This document shows, piece by piece, positions 52,568 to 64,000 of a stretch of 64,000 nt of DNA. The stretch spans positions 9,362,001 through 9,426,000 of the forward strand of contig CP075493.1 of assembly GCA_021613535.1 (NCBI GenBank), written 5' to 3'. Origin of the DNA: Adineta vaga. Taxonomy: Eukaryota > Animalia > Rotifera. The stretch's first letter is position 1; each line of letters begins with the position of its first letter. The translations under genes and the position numbers were made by a program. Under the pieces are notes generated by a model, which saw only the letters and a list, made by a program, of their open reading frames with translations, ran no database searches and had not been told where the DNA came from.

Positions 52568-54020
52568 AATTAATTCGAATAGTTAAATATGTATATTTCA
52601 ATTTTATTAAAATATCTTTCGATGCATTGTATAATCTAAATACGGGGATGTACGGATATAAAGTTGTATAGTTGTGTAATAAAACTAGTACATTGATATA
52701 TTTCCTTACTGAATCAAAATCAATATTATATTCATTGAATTTGAATATTTTTCATAACGACCTTGTCTATGATATTTTGTCGACCTGTAGCATTCAATTT
52801 TCTCGTATCAAACCAAACCGATCGCTCGATAGATATCGTAGTTGTCGCTAAAGTATGGAGTTCATATAAAAACTTTTTCAATGTTAAAAACGACTATGGG
52901 CTTATTGATCATTGGAATCAGATTATCTAAATATGTATATTCAAACGAAATTATACGCGTCTATAATTAAGTGTTTTCTTACTCGTTGCTATGCTTTACC
53001 GAAACACTGATTTTTGGAAGCGTACATCGTAGATCGTACGTCTTCGTACGAAACTATATGTTGACATATTTTTTTTTGAAGTAAGTACTTTTTCTTTGGT
53101 TTTTATAACTTTTTTTGATATTTCTATTAAGATATATCAAAATAGTTTTAAATACTTCAGAATAAATAGTAAGAACGCGAAGATATGTGTATCAATGACA
53201 TATATAGATAATGAAATACCTCCTTTCTGTACTAACGAGGAAACATATTCAGGTGTATAAGCCATCTAAATCTCATATTTTGGCGACAGATAGATGCAAA
53301 TGAAGTATGAGAAACTGCAAGAGGATTTGTGCGCTCACGCCTTTACTCCCGAGCTATCAAATTTACAAGATGTATACGGAGTCGTTATACACCAAAAAAA
53401 ATCATCACAAAAGAAAATCGATGAAAATGCTAGTGTACAAAAAAAGGAATTAAAACACAGTGAGAGACAATAAGTTCGATGCTCGATCAACGAAAATCTT
53501 CAGGGCATTTGCTGAATTGATCATTTCGAAATAGACGGGAGAAAAATGGATATAACTCGTTTGTTTGTAGGTTATTTGTACATCTTATGCCTTCAAATGA
53601 AGAGAAAAACGACTTCGCAGAACAAATTAAATGTAAACGACAGAACAGGAGGAGAAAGCAACTAGAGAAATGTGAAATAAAGAATACAAGCATGCATTAT
53701 TTATTGGCAAGATATGACGGTAAGCTAGCGAAGAAAATGAAAAAAAAAATCGATAGTGTATCATCATTCCTTTTCATATATTCTTTTTTCTGATGTATAA
53801 CGATATCACAGATGAGATGAAAATTCCTGAGCGTCCTGGAGGCTGATAGACAATGAGCAAGGAATGATATTGATAAGATATGATCTGCGTGCCAACCCAA
53901 AACAGGTCACACGAGCAGTACATAAATATTTGAAGAATTCTCACCTAAATACGTTCTCTTGTAAGTGATTGTCGAAGCGAAATTGATTACGGATTAATAT
54001 ACAAATACAAAATATTTCAG

Positions 54021-57000
54021 ATGTTTTTAAGACCTGGTTTAAAATCAAATGCTCTCATACGATTTACATCGTTACGTTCAAAACATATACTTGGCATTCG
54101 TCGTGAAGACCAATCACCATGGGAACGTCGTGCACCTCTAGCACCTGAACATGTTCGAATACTTGTTAAAAAACATAATATTAAAGTTCTTATTCAAGCA
54201 TCAAATCGTCGTGCTTTTCCAATGCTATCATATATTCAAGCAGGTGCTACAGTTCAAGAAGATTTAAGTGAAGCATCAGTTATTATTGGTGTTAAACAAG
54301 TACCCGCAGATTTATTAATACCAAATAAAGTTTACGTCATGTTTTCTCATACACATAAAGCTCAAACAGATAATATGCCATTATTAGATGCTTGTTTAGA
54401 GAAAAATATTACTTTAATTGATTATGAACGTATGGTGGATGATCAAGGTGTACGATTAGTTGCATTTGGCAAATATGCTGGAGTTGTTGGAATGATTAAT
54501 ATTTTACATGGACTTGGTTTAAGACTTTTAGCGTTAGGACATCATACACCATTTATGGTAGATAACTATTGAAATGTAATTTTCTTTTTTTTATAATGAC
54601 AAAAATCTTGTATGTTTAGCATATTGGTCCTGCACATAATTATCGAAATAATGAACAAGCCCGAATGGCTATTCGAGATGCTGGATATGAAATTGCACTT
54701 GGTTTAATGCCAAAATCGATTGGACCTCTGACAATTGTCTTTACTGGATCAGGAAATGTTTCTCAGGTATATAGTCATGTTGAAATTTGATGAATTATAA
54801 CGCATATTTCATTTCAGGGTGCTCAAGAAGTTTTTCGTGAATTACCATTTGAATATATCGATCCAAAAGCTCTTTCACAAGTAGCTCAACATGGCGGTTT
54901 GCATACTTTGTACATTACATTATCGAATATCAATTGCATTTTGTTTGATTTGATTTTTTTAGCTATGAATAAAATTTATGGATGTGTCATTCAACGAAAA
55001 GATCATTTAATCTATAAAGGAACTGAAAAATACGATGAAGCAGAATATACAAAACATCCTGATAAATATACATCAACATTTAGATCAAAAGTATGTTATG
55101 ATGAGAAATATTCATATGGAACAAATTTTCAGATTCCCTACAAATGAATTTCATTTTAGTATATAATATCTAAGGGTAAAAAACGATCTTTATACAATTA
55201 AAAATACACAGATAAATCTTGCTGCTTATTGCTGATATTTTGATTTTGATTTCATTTTGTTATTCATTTTTAAGAGTAATATTTGATTTATTTAGATTGC
55301 TCCGTTTGCTTCATGTATAATTAATGGAATTTATTGGGAAGCTTCTTCACCAAAATTACTTCGTATTGCAGATGCTAAACAACTATTAACTCCACCAGTA
55401 GAATGGGAACAAAATGATCCCAAATCTGGTTGTCCATCCTTACCACATCGACTGCTAGCCATTTGTGACATAACAGCAGATAAAGGTGGTAGTATTGAAA
55501 TCGTTCAAAACACGACAAGTATTGATCATCCATTTTTATTATACAATCCAGCAACAAATACATCAATGGAAAGGTAAATATGTAATCATATAAATCGAGT
55601 CTACAAAAATAAATTGTTCATCTAGCTTTGATGGACCAGGTGTGTTGGTTTGTTCAATTGATAATATGCCAACACAATTGCCATTAGAAGCAACAGTTTA
55701 TTTTGGATCAAGATTGCTACCATTGATACCACAAATACTTTCTGTGGATGCGAAAAAAGATTTTCAAACACAAACGAACGTACCTCGTGCTGTTCGAGAT
55801 GTAAGCAAATGTGTTGATCATCTCTAAATACTTTTCTCAATTTTTATTTTTTCTATAGGCAACCCTTACAGCAAATGGTCAATTGACACCGAAATATACT
55901 TATATCACACAATTGCGAGAACAACGAAAGTATGTTGAATTACAATTTAAATTTTAATCCCCTCTATAAAGCAATATGTCTCTTCGAAATGCTTCTTTTT
56001 TAGATTAAAAGCATCAATGTCATCCGGTGAAAAACGTGTTCTTGTGTTAGGCGCTGGTTTTGTTAGTGGCCCTGTCGTAGAATATTTAACACGTGATAAA
56101 AACGTTCATATCACAGCAGTTAGTGCCATTCAACAAGAAGCTGATCGACTTGCATCAGTAAATCCTCGTACATCACCAATGTTATTGGATATCACACGTA
56201 GTGAAAGTGAACTTGAAAAATTAATTAAAGGACATGATTGTGTCATATCACTTTTACCATTTACACTTCATCCAAATGTCGCTACATTATGTATTAAGCA
56301 TCATCGACATCTCGTCACAACAAGTTATGTATCACCAAAAATGAAAAGTTTACATGATGAGTACGTGAAAGAAACAAAAACAATCAAATTCGTTCTTCTA
56401 AAATTCAATATTCTTTTTCTTCTAGAGCTTCAGCAGCGAACATAACGTTATTAAATGAAGTTGGATTAGATCCAGGAATTGATCATATGTTAGCAATGGA
56501 ATTATTTGAGTTAATTCGTGATGATGGTGGTCGAATTGATTCATATGTATCGTATTGTGGTGGTTTACCAGCTCCAGAATTTGCTGATAATCCTTTACGA
56601 TACAAATTCAGGTTAGATAATCAAAATATATTTTTATTTCGGAGGAAGAAGACATTTACTTATCTATTTTAGTTGGTCACCTCGTGGTGTTCTCACAGCT
56701 TTATTGAATCCAGCGAAATATTTAAACAAAAGCAAAGTAAATGAGATTGAAAATAGTTTCTCTATTTGTTCGTTTAATTTAGATTGTTCAACTTGCACCT
56801 AATGGCAATGTTATAGAAGATGGATGTACATCAGCAAATTTTCTCCCGGGTTTTAATCTGGAATGTTATCCAAATCGAGATAGTACAACATATATCGAAT
56901 CATTACAACTTGATACCGTACATACTATACTTCGAGGAACTTTAAGATATAAGGTAAATTTCAAATGAAACGAACTATCAGAACAAATATGTTGATTAAC

Positions 57001-58070
57001 TCCCTAGTTTCATACATGTTGGAATAGAACAATGTAAAGCAAAACTAAAAATTGTACATATTTTGTTGATGCAATATGCCATATGAAATTCTTGTCTACG
57101 TAATTCGAAAGTTTCTATAACATTCAACAGTCTTGACTACATACTGAGTATAGACCTAAGTAACCTATCAAAAATTTTTACAGTGTACATTCGATATACA
57201 TATCATCTTCCATTCTATTATCATGCTGTTAACTATCCATCTTCTTTTGCTAGTCTTTCTATAGTCAGTTATCTGTGTACTGTAGAATCATTTTTATTAT
57301 TATTGATTCATATATACATATCTATAGATGAATCTGTTGATTATCTTCAGGGTTTTTGTCGAAATGCACTTGGATTAATTCGTCTTGGTTTACTCAGTGA
57401 TCAACCACATTCAAGTTTGCAATCGAAAGATGACTTGGCATGGAAAGATTTTATGTGTGATTTAATGAATTTAAAACGTGACACACCAATCAATACACTA
57501 CGATCGGCTCTTTTCGAAAAATTACAAGATGAAAATCAAGTACAAACTATTGAACAGTAAGACTATACATCTTTACTTAAATACATTATATTTTTTTCTC
57601 TCGTTTTAGACTTGGTTTACTTTCGGATGATACTGTAGTAGAGAAACGTTCTACTCCTCTTGATACATTAAGTATCTGGTTAGCGAAACGTTTAGCATAT
57701 GGACCAAATGAACGCGATATTGTCATTTTACATCATCAAGTGGGAGTAACATGGCCAACATTATCACGTGAAGAAAGTGAATTAAAAACTATTGATATGG
57801 TTGTCTATGGTGATGCAAAATATTCTGCGATGGCTAAAACGGTTGGTCTACCAGCTGCTATTGCTACACGAATGCTTCTTGATGGTACGTAGAATTTTTT
57901 CAATTTGAAATGAAAACCAATAGAAATGATCGATTTTTTGTTATCTTCGTTTAGGTGAAATTCATGAACGTGGTGTTGTTGTACCTGTAAAACGTACTAT
58001 TTATAAACCCATTTTAAATGAACTTAAACGTGAAGGAATATCGTGGACTGAAAAAACAATAAAAATATAA
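54021..58070 (+). CDS. AASS: Alpha-aminoadipic semialdehyde synthase (bifunctional LKR/SDH), mitochondrial
   Basis: Transit-like N-terminus; [40 protein letters not shown] (LKR domain); [53 protein letters not shown] (SDH domain). Confidence 0.98.
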
Positions 58071-59115
58071 TTGGATTTGTTTTTAACTTTTACAGTTGAC
58101 TTTTTTTTTAGTTTAGTTGACATTTTCTTGTTGCTACTTTTACGTTTTGAATAAAAGAAAACTTTCGTTTTTCTGGGATTATGACTGTATATGATAGACA
58201 GATGGTTTCATCTCATACTTTACAAACAATTATTGTACAAGAGATTCTTTCGTATGCATCTCTGATCTATAATTGTAGCTGTTAGCAGGAATTACCTTGA
58301 AGATTCATTGTATACTAAACAATCCCATTGACATTGAATGGAACATCCGAGAGAGAAGAAGAAGAAGAAGAAAAATATTGAGACGACAGTTACAACGCAA
58401 TTAGATGTGGAGAAAAATGTTATTTGGTTCAATAGAATATAAGTATGCATAACAAAGAAGTAATGATCAATTCTTGTATATTCGGACAGTTTGAGTATGT
58501 GTGTTTCTTCTCATCTCTGTAATCTATACATATCTGTATACATCCGAAGGGAGACAAATGAATTAGTAATGCCACATTTTTCTTTTTCTTCTATTGCCAA
58601 GAAAAAAAACAGAAGTACAGTTCATTACTTGTCGGAAGCTTTTCAGATGTTCAAAGATGAGAAAATGATCATTGATGATGCTCGATCTCGTCATTATCGA
58701 AAGGTTTAGTTGACAGACATGAATGACGATAAGCATCTCTCTATCTCTTTGATTCTCTCACTCTTTGCTTGTGGCGTTTATCGATGTTGTATAGTTGAGT
58801 TCGTGCTTTATAGATTGGAAGAAGAAAAAATACAAGTTATCAACCTTGGAGTATTCCATGAGAAAAAAAGCAAAGCGAGATGACCTTCGTTTCCTCCTTC
58901 GTAGCTTTTTGCAGTAATAATAATAAGAAAATTATGCTAGTTTTTTCTCTCTTCTGACGATATCTGTTTATTACTCTGCTTGTTGTTGTTACTACGCTTT
59001 GCGCAACAAGTATGAATGACTATGTCGAACATAAGTTTTATAGATTTAAATAAATAATTAAATAAATCAATGTGAGTATATACGAAAAATGGAACATATT
59101 TAATTATTTCAGACA

Positions 59116-60312
59116 ATGAATGCTGTCAATCGACTTGATCTGCTTCTCTCGGATGCATTTAAAATACCGTCAATAGATTTTTCTCAGGGAATAAGTTGTC
59201 AGGAAACTTCTGTACAACCATCAACTAAATCGATATATTCTGAACACGAATCTTATCCTTTAACAGTATTACCATCCGTATTAACAAATGCAGTACCTTT
59301 ACCACCTCGTCGTAGCTCCTCATCAATGAAACATCATCGTCGACGTTATCGAATTGATTCAACTGATAAACAAAATGCTGATCAACCACTATTAAATTCT
59401 TCAACATTAGATGATTTATTTCGTGCTTTAACACTTGAATGTGAACAATATATTGCTGCTGCACCATCATATCAAAACAAAACCTATGGTGAAATTATTA
59501 TTCCATCTTCATTTGATAAACAAACGGCAGTAGAATCTAATGATGATGATTATGAAAATTTACATCCACCGCGACCTTCACAACCAATCAAAACGAGTAT
59601 TTCTCCTCTTAAAACAAGTATTGAAGTCATTAGTCCAATAAAAAGACATGTTGTTTCAATAACAGTATCATCAAAAGTAACTTCATCACCGTCAACTATT
59701 GTTCCTGCAAAACCTCCTTCTAATCTGACAACATCAACTATGATACCAAATATTTGTCGATCAAGTGATGAAGAGTCAACAAATATTTCATCGTCAAATA
59801 CTAATCGTAAACGTCGTCGTCGTACTCGTAAACAATTTATCTCTTCGTCAACAACTCGTTCGAGTTCATCGTCGACTGAACGTAAAGAAAAAACGATTGA
59901 AAAGAAATTACCTCCTTCAAAACGTTCAAGTAGTACCGATCCACGTTATCATCATTCAAGAAATTCTTCAGATACTCATTCAACTTCATTTCCATCTTCT
60001 CATAAACAATGTCCAAAACGTCCGCATCGACGTGATGTATCATTACAACATTCAAGACGTTATCATGAAACAAATTCTTCTCCTCTTTCTGTTTTATTAA
60101 CATCAACAAAACCATCAAGTGATTTTCTAACTAATTCTCAACAACGACGTTCACGTCTGGAATCTGTCGATCATAAACCACCAGTATTATTTTATCGACC
60201 ATCATTGACTCGGAATAATAATCATCATCATCATCATCATCAGAATAAAAGCAACAACAGCAACACCAATAACATTCCGACGCATCGAATACCATCCTAT
60301 CCAGTTTATTGA
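59116..60312 (+). CDS. Ser/Thr/Arg-rich, largely disordered protein of unknown function (398 aa)
   Basis: Long uninterrupted ORF in AT-rich DNA, preceded by a TTTCAG acceptor; basic NLS-like RKRRRRTRK; no recognisable domain. Confidence 0.75.
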   Translation: MNAVNRLDLLLSDAFKIPSIDFSQGISCQETSVQPSTKSIYSEHESYPLTVLPSVLTNAVPLPPRRSSSSMKHHRRRYRIDSTDKQNADQPLLNSSTLDDLFRALTLECEQYIAAAPSYQNKTYGEIIIPSSFDKQTAVESNDDDYENLHPPRPSQPIKTSISPLKTSIEVISPIKRHVVSITVSSKVTSSPSTIVPAKPPSNLTTSTMIPNICRSSDEESTNISSSNTNRKRRRRTRKQFISSSTTRSSSSSTERKEKTIEKKLPPSKRSSSTDPRYHHSRNSSDTHSTSFPSSHKQCPKRPHRRDVSLQHSRRYHETNSSPLSVLLTSTKPSSDFLTNSQQRRSRLESVDHKPPVLFYRPSLTRNNNHHHHHHQNKSNNSNTNNIPTHRIPSYPVY

Positions 60313-61551
60313 CATGAAGAATACTTAGAACGAAAGAAATTAGTTTGTTTTTACAACTGTAAATTAATGTCTTAATACACTTGTTCTTTCATCATTCCAT
60401 TTTGGCATTCCAGAATTTGAATGCAATCGTTATTATCATCATATTAATCTCATCAACAACTGCTAATCTTCTTCGACATAATAAAAAAAAAGCACGTACT
60501 ATATCGCTGCAACTATCATCTCATTTATTTACATTGCCGAAGATAGACAGATTAAATATCTTTCAACAGATTTGTCATTGATTAGATGTCTGAACTCTTT
60601 TCATTGATCAAAAATTATTTCTTGTGTTTATCATGTTTTGAAGTGTAATATTATGAAAACAATTTCAAATAAATATATATTGAAAGATATTAGTGTTTCC
60701 TGACGGATGGCAAGAGGCAAATAGTGGCTAGTTCGTAACTTTTGTTTTTCTCTTCGGAACATGGTCCATAGAAACTACGATTTGTGCTTAAGTCTGCAAA
60801 CAGTGGACCTTACAGACATGTTAATAATTGTAAGATATTGTTTCTTTTGTTAACAGATGAAATCAATCGTTGAGATGCAGTTATGTGTGTCAACAAACAA
60901 TTAGTATTTTATACGAGATAACTATCGAGGTATGAGTCGAGATAAATCCAGATCATTGCGTATGAATTTCAAATCTTTTGTTAAAATTCAATGTCTTAAA
61001 CAAAATTTTCTTTCAACCTGATTATGTGATGAATCTCATATTGTACGAACTCGTTTCTTTTGGAAATGCCACATCAAATCATTGATACAATATGTTTTAC
61101 TTTCTCATTTATCACCCATCGATAGAAATTTCCTTGATTAAATACCATATCACATTCTTACGTTATATCATCATGTATAGAATCGTACGCGAAGAACATA
61201 TGTAAGTTCACTCGGAGCAAAACCAAAAAGAAATAATCTATCCAATCAAGATGTTTGAATAAAAATAACAGCTGTTCTTTCTGTAGCATAATCGTATGCC
61301 CTTTTGACTTTATCCAGGATGCAAAGATAAAAAAAGACGACTTATCAGAGAGTTGGAAGCATCTAGTTATTTCGAGCATATAGGAGAAGGTTCTATGATC
61401 GATGATATTTCTCTGTACCCTTTCTTCCTATCTCTCTCTCCCTGGAGTCTATGGATATATATATATATATATAAGTACAAATGTGCACTAGTATATATCA
61501 GTATTCTCTCTCATCTTACATTTGTACACTGTTATTAATCTAACTACTAAT

Positions 61552-62321
61552 ATGCATTTGGTTTTATTCTCAATCGTTGCTGTTTGTATTGCAGGTTAGT
61601 TGAAAACTAAATTTTTCTTAAACAAACTTTATACTCCGAGAATCTAAACAGGAAGCAGAACTCAAGAAATTGCCATTTCTACTGAATATTTACGGGCGCA
61701 TGCCAATGATTCTCTTTCATCTGATTCAGGTCGGTCAATGAGTACAAATAAATAGATTGAAACTAATATGTAAACTACTGCTAAAGTCCAATGAACATCA
61801 TATATTAATTCATGAATTTACCAATCTAATCTTCTTATTTTAGCAATTAATGCACAAGCACCAATTGTTGCTGTTGCCGTCAGTGCAGCACCATCAACAA
61901 AAGTTACTACTAGTACTACTACTACTACCGCTACTGTAACAAGTAAGTGTTTCAGAGAATTTGTCATCAAATAACAATATAAATTGATTTCTAGCATCAA
62001 CTGCTGCTCAAGACAACAGTTCAGGTAAATGAAATATTTATAGAAAATATTCGTTTATAATCTGATATCTTTACAATAGAGAATAATGATGATGATAAGA
62101 AACAAAAACCATACGATCATGAACATGATTCTCATCATGATCATGACGCGACAATTTCTGTTGATGTTCATAATGTTCTCGATTTATTCAAACAAGAATT
62201 ACAAGAAGTTGAAGAACGTATTATTCATGCAATTCATCATGGACATGATGATCATGATCATGCTCATCATAATTCAACTGCTGCTCCAGTTCTCAAATCA
62301 TATCGCACAGCTTCACGTTAA
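61552..62321 (+). CDS. Secreted Thr-rich / His-Asp-rich protein with a short coiled coil (5 exons, not in the ORF track)
   Basis: Exons 61552-61594, 61652-61729, 61844-61942, 61995-62024 and 62080-62321, all joined by phase-1 GT-AG introns: MHLVLFSIVAVCIA-...-AINAQAPIVAVAVSAAPSTKVTTSTTTTTATVT-TSTAAQDNSS-ENNDDDKKQKPYDHEHDSHHDHDATISVDVHNVLDLFKQELQEVEERIIHAIHHGHDDHDHAHHNSTAAPVLKSYRTASR*. Confidence 0.8.
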
Positions 62322-62396
62322 AAACAAATCTCTTCAAAATATGTATATTGCAATAAGAAAAAGACAAAACAAAAGAACTTCAAGACATTTTTTTAG

Positions 62397-64000
62397 TCAA
62401 TTCTCTATTTGATATTTAATATGATTTAAATTCATTTTAGCTTGATTTAGTTCTTGTTTTAGTAGTTGACATTCTTTTTCAGCTTGATTTCGTAACTAGA
62501 ATAAAGACAAGTTTTAAAATAGAATTATTTTATCTTTTCTCCAACTTTTACTTTGATATCAGTTGATAATCGTAATTTAGCTTGATCAAGTTGAGAATGA
62601 ATATTTTGCATCTCATGCTCCATGCGTGTCAATTGTAATAAAGATTTCTACAAGAAGAAAAATGAAAATGAAATTTTCAAAAAAGAAACTTATTTCCTAC
62701 ACCAAGTTCTGCTTCTTTAGTATAACCCATTTCAATTGCATGTTTATATTCAGTCTCAATAGTTTGTTCAGTTTTCTTATGTAATCTCTCAAGTTCAGCA
62801 GTGGATTGTGTGGATTGTAGTTCAATAGGGCCAGTTCGTTTCTTTTCTTGATAGTATTTTTTCTTCCATAAATCACGAGCTACGAACAACAATCAATAGA
62901 ATCTTGAGAACAACAAACACAAAAAGAAACCTTCTTGTCGTCGTGACGTTAATCGATGATGAAGAGATTTTAATTGATGCACTGAGTCATCACGAGCTTT
63001 TTCAAGATCAATACGTCTTGTACGTGCATCATGAAGACGGATACGAAGACTTTTCGCTAAAGAAAAAATACATTAGTAAAGTACTTTTAACAACTAAAAT
63101 GTTTTCGTTGAAGAACTTTGAAAAAGAATTTCGATGGATGCAAAAAATGTTTACTATGTTAGAAAAATAAAGAATGTATGTAAATAGAATTTCAAGAATA
63201 AATGGTGCTTAATATACTTGTCGATGAAAAGATTTTATGAACAACTCCTCTCGATATGTCGATCAACATATGTAGAACAGATGTTTAATGGAAAATATCA
63301 AAGGTCATCGAGAAAGATTATGACTACAAGTACTCATTTATCCTTCAGAATCATAGTTAAACATCGAGAATGAAGAAAAGAAGCAGATCAGTTGAGTCAA
63401 AAGAAATACATACGATCATCACGGGATAATTCTAATTCTCGTCGTTGTCGTTCTTTTATTTCTTTTAAGTTTTGTTTCTCTTCTCGAGCTTGTTGACGTC
63501 GTTGTACTTCACCGGCTCGTCGTTCCAATTCATACCTTATTTTTTGAAATTAAAAAAAGTAGAAATTCATTCCAGAATAAGAAATGATCAATTTTGCACT
63601 TACACAACATACAAACATCAATACAACTATACATTTATATTACTCACGTCTTCTCGTTATCATTTATATCCGGTGTTGAAATCTGTACTAACTCGTCTTC
63701 AGGAGGACGAATTTTAGTTACGGTTGCAGTTCGATTATTCTCAATATCAGATTTTCTTGATGAACAAATCTTTTCATCTATTTTTTGAGATTTTGATGAA
63801 AGTTTTCCTTCTGATTTCATTGATGATAATAATGATGATGAATTAGACTGTATACTATGTCGATGTTCTTTGATTAAAATTCTTGTTTCAGCTCGAGATA
63901 TATGAACCTCATCTTCTGATGTCGATCCAATTGATGATGATCGCGATAAAATTTCACTATTGAAAGATATTCGGAAGATAAGAAAAGGCAAACAAGAATG
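62397..64000 (-). CDS. SPATA1-like coiled-coil protein, 3' part (5' end beyond the window)
   Basis: Spliced C-terminus ARDLWKKKYYQEKKRT...LLQLTRMEHEMQNIHSQLDQAKLRLSTDIK/LRNQAEKECQLLKQELNQAKMNL resembles the SPATA1 C-terminal domain; upstream exons at 63648-63956 and about 63420-63535. Confidence 0.72.

Noticed and set aside
53034-53051. Hairpin TCGTACG-TCTT-CGTACGA as a possible Helitron end or terminator
   Set aside because: Only a 7-bp stem, no CTRR terminus at the expected distance and no other element features.
53487-53900. Short ORFs between SLC33A1 and AASS
   Set aside because: No recognisable motif or splice pattern; they lie in a divergent promoter region.
62086-62412. Met/Ile-rich 108-aa ORF
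   Set aside because: Frame-shifted reading of the CAT/GAT (His/Asp) codons of the real last exon 62080-62321.
1-64000. CRISPR array, rRNA, autonomous transposon, prokaryotic operon or contaminant contig
   Set aside because: No repeat-spacer arrays, rRNA or transposase/RT motifs seen. The foreign-looking genes match the host base composition, two contain spliceosomal introns, and they are flanked by animal genes.

Overview
Gene-dense, AT-rich eukaryotic (metazoan) DNA with mostly 47-80 nt GT-AG introns. Short introns, core animal genes and intron-poor genes of bacterial/plant/fungal type together suggest a bdelloid rotifer (inference, not proven). I could assemble about 25 protein-coding genes and one tRNA-Gly(TCC), which lies antisense in a WDR59 intron. 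Recognisable conserved genes: YPEL, a copine-type vWA protein, Polyhomeotic-like, GRP94/HSP90B1, akirin, an SLC22-like transporter, a ZnT/SLC30, RPL15, RFK, WDR59, SMPD4, SLC33A1, AASS and a partial SPATA1-like gene. The most striking region is a ~10.3 kb island (36.4-46.7 kb) between WDR59 and SMPD4. It holds a membrane pentapeptide-repeat protein, three secreted glycoside hydrolases or hydrolase-like proteins and a small Cys-rich protein. The three are an unclassified clan-D-like TIM barrel with a 1-nt frameshift, a GH3 beta-xylosidase and a DUF5054/GH38-like protein, making this a candidate animal polysaccharide-degradation cluster built from foreign genes. Other oddities: a ZnT with a degenerate metal site, a GRP94 with substitutions in the ATP lid, a five-exon secreted His-rich coiled-coil protein missed by the ORF track, a recurring CTCF/YY1-like motif upstream of housekeeping genes, and a candidate MITE. 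All family assignments come from motif recognition by eye; no database search was run.
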